From positions 343,170,001 to 343,234,000 of the forward strand of contig OZ024740.1 of assembly GCA_964016885.1 (NCBI GenBank): 64,000 bases of DNA, given 5' to 3'. The stretch is from Eledone cirrhosa (lineage: Eukaryota). Shown here in pieces: positions 55,049 to 64,000 of this stretch (position 1 is the first letter of the stretch; every line of letters starts with the position of its first letter). The position numbers and the translations under genes are program-made. The notes beneath the pieces were generated by a model. The model worked only from the letters and a program-made list of their open reading frames with translations, did no database searches and had not been told where the DNA came from.

Positions 55049-55467
55049 CAATGGTTTCTGATTTAGGCACAAGGTCAACAATTTTGAGGGAGGGGAAAGT
55101 CGATTAAATCGACTCCAGTGCATTACTGGTACTTTATTTTATTGACCCCATAAGGATGAAAGGCAAAGAGAAGCTCGGCAGGATTTGAACTCAGAATGTA
55201 ATGGGTCGTAATTCTATGCCACAAAGCATGTTACACAACGCTTTAATGATACAACCAAGACATTGCTCTAGCATTTAAAGAAATAATTGTTTCTACATTT
55301 GGCACAAAGCCTGCAATTATCCCAGTGCATTACTGGTATTTTATTTTATCGACCCCGTAAGGATGAAAGGCGAAGTTAACCTCGGTCTGATTTGAACTCA
55401 GACCGGAAAGGGACATAACTCTTTGTTGGAAAGCATGGTGGCTGACACTCTACCGATACTGCCAATC
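55049..55467 (-). mobile_element. Two tandem SINE family A copies (long 55049-55260; short 55284-55467), with older decayed copies upstream from ~54070
   Basis: Repeated family body. Confidence 0.85.
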
Positions 55468-56269
55468 TAATGAAAATAAATGTCAGAAGATCATAATAAT
55501 ACACAAATAAATAAAAAGGAAAGCAGAAAGAACGAAAAGAAAGATTATAAACGTAAAAAAGTAAGGAAAGAAATTATAATAAACAGATAAAAACAATAAA
55601 AACAAAAATCTATGAATATCAGAAAATAATATATATAAAAAATATATATAAAATATAACACAATAATATACTCTAAAGATTTAAATTAGAAAATGGAAAA
55701 GAGAAATTCCAAATGTGAGGAGCCTTGTTCCAGTTACTATCAATTATAGAAACAAAAAATGGCGGTATTCCCGACTGGAAAAGACAAGATTTAGCTTTTG
55801 AGTTGACAACCTTTATACATGCAGCATCGATATGCAGAATCATGACCATTTATCAAAAGGTTGCGTTTAAAAAGAAATGTATAAACCTAAATATAAAATG
55901 TACTACGAAATAATAAATATAAATAATAATGTATTGACCCACCACCATCAACAGAAAGTCAATCTGAATAAAAAAAAAGAAAATATAATGTAAACAAATG
56001 ACAACAAAATCCCATTTCGTACACAAATCAGTGTGCTAAGGTGAACACACTGCAGTGTTAATATGTTAAATAGATAGACAGTGTGATATAAAGATATATA
56101 AATACACAGATGGTTTTTTACACAGAGACACGCACACGCTTACATACGCACACCATACACACAGAAGTATATATATATATAACACACGGAGCATTATAAT
56201 AAATCTTCGGTGAATCCATACGTACATATATATATGTGTGCATGTATGTATATATATATATACATACTA

Positions 56270-56338
<69 letters not shown>

Positions 56339-56464
56339 CATGTATGTATGCATATATATATATGTATATATATATAATTATATATATATATATATGTATA
56401 TATATATAATTATATATATATATATGTATATATATATAATTATATATATATATGTATATATATA

Positions 56465-56515
<51 letters not shown>

Positions 56516-56556
56516 GTATACATGTATGTATGCATATATATATATGTATATATAAT

Positions 56557-56592
<36 letters not shown>

Positions 56593-56618
56593 ATTATATA
56601 TATATATGTATATATATA

Positions 56619-56693
<75 letters not shown>

Positions 56694-57070
56694 CAGAGAG
56701 AGAGAGATAGATAATTGACAGATAACAGACAGAGATTTAGATAGATAATGGCAGAAAGACAGGCAGATAGCTAAACCGTTTGATAGCTGAAGAGCGAGAG
56801 AGTGAACGAAAAAGATGCTAAAGTATTTGTAAACCAGAAATTGTAATAGAACCGTGTCGCCATTTTTGTCATTCATGCTTTTGCAAGATTAAAAAAATAA
56901 TCCGGGTTATGTAAAGAAAAAAATATATATTGAAAGCGAGAGATAGTTGAATGGTTCTTTTAGTATGGTTTGTTGCTTTGCGTTTATGTACTAGTAACTT
57001 TTTTCAATAAAAATGTATTACCATTGTATAGCCGTAGCTTGCATGTATTGTCTTTAGTATGCTTGTTGTA

Positions 57071-57105
<35 letters not shown>

Positions 57106-57179
57106 TGTGTGTGTACGTATGTGTGTGCGTATACACGCGCGTATTTGTCAGCTGCGCCTTTCGGCTTCGCTATGTGAGA

Positions 57180-57224
<45 letters not shown>

Positions 57225-57364
57225 TTAGTCAAAATACGGCGATAGCTAACATTTCTAAATTAGTCAAAATACGGCGATAGCTAACAATTCTAATAATTTC
57301 AAATCCACTCGCTGTTTCGAAAATATTCTTACTTGATATATATATATATATATATACATATATA

Positions 57365-57581
57365 GGAACGATCGACTTTCGTCAAATCGGACCGAGGGAA
57401 CAATGTTTCCGTTGGTCTTTCCAATTGTTAATACTATCTATCGGTTGCAACTCCAGGTAGAAGGAGCAACGTGAAATAAAGTGTCTTGCTCAAGGACATA
57501 ACGCATCGCCTGGTCCAGGAATCGAACTCACAACCTTACGATTGCGAATCCAATTCTCTAACCACTCAGCCACACGCCTTC
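57365..57581 (-). mobile_element. SINE family B (tRNA head plus CORE-like domain); 3' fragment also at 35711-35775 (+)
   Basis: Minus strand A box TGGCTGAGTGG, B box GTTCGATTCC, then tgtccttgagcaagacacttta. Confidence 0.85.
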
Positions 57582-57681
57582 ACTTATATACATATACATA
57601 TATAAATGTATACATACTACTGTACGTCTGTATAAGGAAAGTATATACTTTCAAACGTTCAATCATCTGACAAGAAGGTAT

Positions 57682-57724
57682 ACGATGCTGACGATAGCTA
57701 ATAAGCTTGAAACTAGTACATCGT
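57682..57724 (+). ncRNA. Minimal type I hammerhead ribozyme (intact core)
   Basis: acgatg-CTGACGA-tagc-taataa-gctt-GAAA-ctaG-TA-catcgt. Palindromic stem III ACTAGT. Confidence 0.88.
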
Positions 57725-57733
57725 TCCTGTGTC

Positions 57734-57990
57734 AGTGTTGAACAAAAAGGCGACGATGGTTGCCGAACACTGTACGGCGTAATTCGGGCTGTTTGTTTAC
57801 AAACAAACCGAACATTATAATAAATGTTCGGTAAACCCATACGTACATATATATATATGTGTGCATGTATGTATATATATACATACTACTGTACGTCTGT
57901 ATACATATATGCATGTACGTATACATACATACTTGTATTTAAGTATCAGCCGTACTAAGAGTAAGAAATGAAATTTCGTTTCATTCTTTT

Positions 57991-58040
<50 letters not shown>

Positions 58041-58297
58041 AAAAGAATGAAACGAAATTTCATTTCTCACTCTTAGTACGGCTAATACTTAAATACAAGT
58101 ATGTATGTATACGTACATGCATATATGTATACAGACGTACAGTAGTATGTATATATATACATACATGCACACATATATATATATGTACGTATGGGTTTAC
58201 CGAACATTTATTATAATGTTCGGTTTGTTTGTAAACAAACAGCCCGAATTACGCCGTACAGTGTTCGGCAACCATCGTCGCCTTTTTGTTCAACACT
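57734..58297. repeat. Large palindrome, ~260-bp arms, (TA)n at the centre
   Basis: 57734-57992 is the reverse complement of 58039-58297 with about 3 differences. Confidence 0.92.
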
Positions 58298-58790
58298 ATA
58301 TATATATAGGCAAAATAAACTTGGAGTAAAGCTTTGTGACAATTCAGCTTCCAAAATATCTCATTCAACGTATAAGGGAATGAGATAATTTGGTTTCCCA
58401 CACCCTCTCACACATACATTCGCTCAAGTACACATACCCACACAAGTACAAACGCACGCACACACACACATACACATATATATATATACGCACGTGTAAG
58501 AACAAACTTCAGACTGGCCAAAGTGTTGGTGTGTGTGTATGAGGGTAAGGTGGGGACATCGTTACGGTAAACGTTTGGTAACATACGTTAGATGAGATAA
58601 CACCACTTAAAACAATGTTTTGTCTGTTTTCTATCAAACACTAATCTTCATTGCTTCTTCCATTTCCTTTGTCAGTTGTCTCTTTCTTTTTCTCTCCCTC
58701 CTTTCTTCTTTCTTTCACCCCATATCACTCTCTTCCCCCTCTCTCTCTGTATATATATATATATATATATGGATATATAATTATAAGTAA

Positions 58791-58863
<73 letters not shown>

Positions 58864-58917
58864 ATACACAAGAGGAAACCTCTTGGCGCCGCGGTCGGGA
58901 TTTTACATTCCCCCCCC

Positions 58918-58968
<51 letters not shown>

Positions 58969-58972
58969 CCCG

Positions 58973-59016
<44 letters not shown>

Positions 59017-59020
59017 CCCG

Positions 59021-59058
<38 letters not shown>

Positions 59059-59085
59059 TCTCTCTCTCTCTCTCCCCTCTCTCTC

Positions 59086-59146
<61 letters not shown>

Positions 59147-59995
59147 CTTGATGATGCACTCACGTAGACACAAAACACGCGCAGGCACAGACCTATGCAG
59201 TATTGTATTGTCTTGATCACCTTGCATGTAATCTTTGAATTATGCCCCCCCCCACACACACACTAGTCACATTGAAACTCCTAGTCCGAATACTTGCAAC
59301 AGATTTCACTCTGCTAAAGTCACTCACTGTGCTAGTTCTTGCTGCTAAACCTGGTGAAGCATTAAATCATCTGCACAAGAACTCAGAACGCATTTTAGAC
59401 ATGGCACCTCGTTCGATACTGAAACAATTTCTGCAATCCACCACCCTGGGCTGATACTATATTTTATCGACCTAGGGATTGACCTTTTTAAATTTTAACA
59501 ACTATTATTGTGTGTGTGGTGCGGTAAATAAATATATACATATACACCAGGTCCAAACACAAAGGAACCAAACTCCCACTGTCATTGCCTCCGTCTCTCC
59601 CGCTCTCCCAACCTTCACTATTATGAGCAAATAGGAGCCCACAGCTGCGGCGTACTGATCATCCCGCGGCCTCGGCGGACAGAATAGAGAAGGCAATTCA
59701 CAGGAGGATGGTGAGGGAGACGCACTGGAAGAGCCATTTCAGCTCACACCTGCGGGTAGCCAACCATCTCTGTGCTGATGGTGGCGAGTAGGGAAGTAGC
59801 CCTAGGGGAAGGCCACCAGAAGTCTCCACTGCTACGGGCTCGACCGCAAGCCAATCGGAGAGCAACCGTATGAAAGTCAAAATTGACCTTGATGGGATTT
59901 ATCTCTGAACACAAATAGTTGTAACTAAACACCGCAAAACATTTTGTCAGTCGCTCTAACGATTCTGCTAATTCACCACTCTAATGATAATATTA

Positions 59996-60213
59996 ATTGT
60001 TTCTGATTTATGAACAAGGCCAACAATTTCGGGAGAGGGAAAAGTCAATTAAATCGACCCCAGTACATTACTAGTACTTTATTTTATCGACCGCATATGG
60101 ATGAAAAGCAAAGCTAATCTCGGCGGAATTTGAACTCAGAACGTAAAGAGGCATAACTCTACGCTGCAAAGCATGGTGCCTGACGCTCTACTGATACTGC
60201 AAATCTACTACCC
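59996..60213 (-). mobile_element. SINE family A, long variant
   Basis: Matches the family. Confidence 0.85.
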
Positions 60214-60989
60214 CAATGATGATAATAATAATGATATAAATAATAATAATAAAATAAGAAATAATAATTATTATTTTTATTATCATTACTATAATCACAC
60301 GTATATACAAACACAGAATATGCCAACAAATAATTAAACAATGAAAACTAACAAAACAGCACATAGCACGAACACACACATTACATTCATACGCATGCAT
60401 ATAACACGTATACATGCATACTCACATATACCACAATAGAAAAAAAATTACAAAGATATATTAAACCGATATTCCAAGCAATTGTTTAGTCATGTTTATG
60501 TGACACGAATTATAATAGCATAACAATTATATAGACGAAGCAACATAAATAAGGAGAGGGGGGAGATGGAGAGAGAGAATAAAAATCAACAGATAATAAT
60601 AAAAAATAATAAAGTTCAGGAAAAACAACAATAGCAGCAACAATAACAACAACAGCAATTACAATATTCTCATATGGAAATAAACAATCTTAAACAATGT
60701 TGGCAAACCAAAATATATTAACGTTGAAACCAGGCTCTGTCTGTTTGCCTGTTTGTCAGTATATCACTACACACACACGCGCACATACAGACACACCCGC
60801 CCCCCCACACACACGTATATATATATACACATACACATGCGCACACATATGCACACATACTTGCTTGTATGTGTGTGGATATATTTGTACCTTGTCATTG
60901 TCTTTATTTTCTTGTTTCTAACAACTTTAGTTTCTTCGTTTCTCTCACTATATATGTATGTATGTATTTGTCTGCCTATCTATCTACCC

Positions 60990-61020
<31 letters not shown>

Positions 61021-61037
61021 CTGTATATATATATATA

Positions 61038-61231
<194 letters not shown>

Positions 61232-61249
61232 TGTATATATATATATATA

Positions 61250-61303
<54 letters not shown>

Positions 61304-61416
61304 TAAAAGGGAATTTCAACTTTGTCTGATTTGCTCGTTTTATTTACAATCCTTTAAAATGTATAATGGTATTAGAATGAAATAGTATGGTAGAATATTA
61401 AATGTTAAGTGTTAAT

Positions 61417-61455
61417 TGAACAAGTACTTTCATGCTTTCGCAATATTCAGGTTCA
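61417..61455 (-). ncRNA. Minimal hammerhead with CUGAAUA core (same family as 14297-14335)
   Basis: tgaac-CTGAATA-ttgc-gaaa-gcat-GAAA-gtac-TT-gttca. Confidence 0.65.
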
Positions 61456-61494
61456 TGTTGTGTGGTGACAGTCAAGTTTGCAATTTTCAACTAT

Positions 61495-61553
<59 letters not shown>

Positions 61554-61738
61554 TTAATACAATAACAGAGATAGTTTAAAGCTAAACTCTGACTGGTAAC
61601 CATCTCACTCAACAAACATTAGGTTATATTAAAATATAAACCCAATTTAAGTGTTTGGGGTGCTAACAATATGTATAATGTGGAAAAACCAGTTGTATTA
61701 TTTTATAAGATATAATTAAAGTTAAAGTATATCTCTCT

Positions 61739-61864
61739 TTCCAAACAATTGTTTCATTATAAGTTTTCTACAAGTTTGGGAGAATGTTTCCAGTTTATGT
61801 AGAAGCCTAATATATATTCATGTAAGAGTATATTTAGGTGGGCACTTATAAATCATCAGTGGAA
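61739..61864 (-). ncRNA. Type I hammerhead with ~100-nt stem II domain (intact core)
   Basis: ttcca-CTGATGA-t-ttataagt...acttataa-t-GAAA-caattG-TT-tggaa. Confidence 0.82.
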
Positions 61865-62447
61865 GCCCATTAAACATTGATATAAGAAAACAATTTCTTA
61901 CCGCTGTCAAAAATCATGTCCGTAAAGTTGCTCTCCCTCACCTCGAATGACTGCCAAATTTGAAATTCCAGGAAGTATCATAGCGACACGAAGCGGGAAG
62001 GGGAGACAACCCACGATCCACGAAATGAGGAAAAAAAATAATATACACGCGGGTTAATTATTTTTTTTGAAAACATTATCAATCGAACGTGTTTAAGAAC
62101 TCAATTGAAAATAAAAAAATAAATATATGCTTGTATAAATTACACACGCACATAGATATTTTCTTAGGCTAAATCAGAAGTTGTACCCGAATAAGAACCG
62201 CTTCTCATAACCGCAGTAAATGCAGAAAGTTATGCTTTAAAGGGCAAATGGGAATATAATTCTCCGGCCGAATTATTAAGAGTAAAATATAAAACACACG
62301 CGGGTTAATTAGTTATTTCAAGACCAATATTAATTCCTCGTGTAAAGAACTCAATTAATAAAAGAAAATAAATACATATATGCATGTAATTATATACGTA
62401 GGCATATATATATTTTCCTAGGCTATATATTATATATATATATACAC

Positions 62448-62548
<101 letters not shown>

Positions 62549-62569
62549 CTATATATATATATATATATA

Positions 62570-62629
<60 letters not shown>

Positions 62630-62678
62630 ATATATATTATATATATATATACATTTATATATTATATATATATATATA

Positions 62679-63569
62679 CTAGCAGTAAAGCCCGGCGTTG
62701 CTCGGGGTCGCTCAGTAGCTGTGTTAAAGTTACAATGTTAAGTTTCTTCTTTGGCTTAAAAACTGTAGTGTCTACTGTGCAGACTTGCATGTGGTGTTTT
62801 TGATTAATATTCCCTCAACCAACAATATGCCTTATGAAGTTAAGAAAACATAACGATAACCCGAATGTTATAACAAAAGAGGATGCTGGGGATAAAAACT
62901 GCACTGGTTATTTATTAACAAAGATCGAAAATGTAAACACTGCAACGCAGAGAAAAACATTAGCGTAACCAAATTATCAGTTATGTCTGTCTGCACGCCT
63001 ATATCACCTCTCTGCACGACTGTCTGTCTGCACGCCTATATCACCTCTCTGCACGACTGTCTGTCTGCACGCCTATATCACCTCTCTGCACGACTGTCTG
63101 TCTGCACGCCTAACGAAATTTACAGATACATATATTTTATATAAACTTATATAATTTTTGCTTTTTTTTACGAAATATTTGCTTGTTTTAAGTAGTTTTC
63201 AAATAGACTTGTTTTCAAGTAAAAATATTGTTTTAAAAGGCTTGTTTTACGTAGTCTTTAAATCGTGTATTGTGTTAATGTCATTTTAAACGCTGAGAAA
63301 GCCAGCGTAATTTTTTTAATTTTTGCACGCAGACGCTCAATGTAAACAGAACAAAGGGAAATAACTGATCACTTACGCTCAAAAATCGATACATTATATT
63401 CGATTTCGTCACATAGGGTGGGTCAATTTGAAATTTTTTTTTCCGATGTCTTCGCTAGGGCTCAATGTACAAGTATAGCAATTTCGGTGCAATTCCGTGA
63501 GAGATTCTAAGAGGAGATGTGTGCCAAAAATCGATAGACAGACAGACAACCACAGTTTTATATATATAG

Positions 63570-63570
<1 letters not shown>
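62679..63570 (-). mobile_element. Non-autonomous Helitron (892 bp) with an internal 37-bp minisatellite (62984-63111)
   Basis: Minus strand 5' TCTATATATATAAAAC; 3' hairpin cccgagcaacgccggg about 8 nt before the terminal CTAG; inserted between A and T in a (TA)n array. Confidence 0.88.
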
Positions 63571-63661
<91 letters not shown>

Positions 63662-63828
63662 TGTGTTTAATGGTAGCTATGATGCTTCCATAGGCGGTAT
63701 GCCAGTTGAACACTCTATGTTCTTACAGAGCAGAGTGTGATATAACAACAGCCAATAGCAAGACAAGAGAGGAAGATGTTTTTTGAAGCAAACACCCCAG
63801 TGAGAAAATTTGTTCCGAAAGTATTGCA

Positions 63829-63918
63829 TGTGTCCGAAGAACCTGCAGATCTAGAATCAGACAGATCCATACAATGATCATGTCTCGAGCTATCTGCCGG
63901 CGAAACAATTGTAACACA
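63829..63918 (+). ncRNA. Type I hammerhead with U4>C core change
   Basis: tgtgt-CCGAAGA-a-cctgcagat...atctgccgg-c-GAAA-caattG-TA-acaca. Confidence 0.65.
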
Positions 63919-63957
63919 CAATAAACTGAGTCCAGATGCATCACTGATTTTTCGTTT

Positions 63958-63995
<38 letters not shown>

Positions 63996-64000
63996 GAGCT

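Noticed and set aside
57480-57581. tRNA gene
   Set aside because: The A and B boxes run into a SINE body repeated elsewhere; no complete cloverleaf was seen.

Overview
AT-rich, microsatellite-saturated eukaryotic DNA, probably intronic or intergenic. The dominant tRNA-headed SINE resembles octopus SINE families, so an octopod cephalopod is inferred, not verified. There is no intact protein-coding gene, and nearly all track ORFs are microsatellite translations; four isolated candidate exons are supported only by splice signals. The window holds about 20 SINE copies, 3' fragments of three non-LTR clades (RLE-type R4/Dong-like, two tandem L1/Tx1-like copies inside (ATCT)n, RTE), Helitron-type elements, a mariner-type MITE and a Penelope GIY-YIG fragment. 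The main signal is many short Penelope-like terminal cassettes embedded in (TA)n arrays. They carry more than 15 intact or degenerate hammerhead ribozyme (HHR) motifs. Two results stand out. (1) Three copies (13.8, 21.2, 21.8 kb, minus strand) of a hammerhead have their catalytic segments in a non-circularly permuted, pseudoknotted order, supported by compensatory base changes. (2) Several unrelated fold-back palindromes invert exactly at the stem I/CUGANGA boundary of their hammerhead. All structures were read by eye; none were computed or tested.
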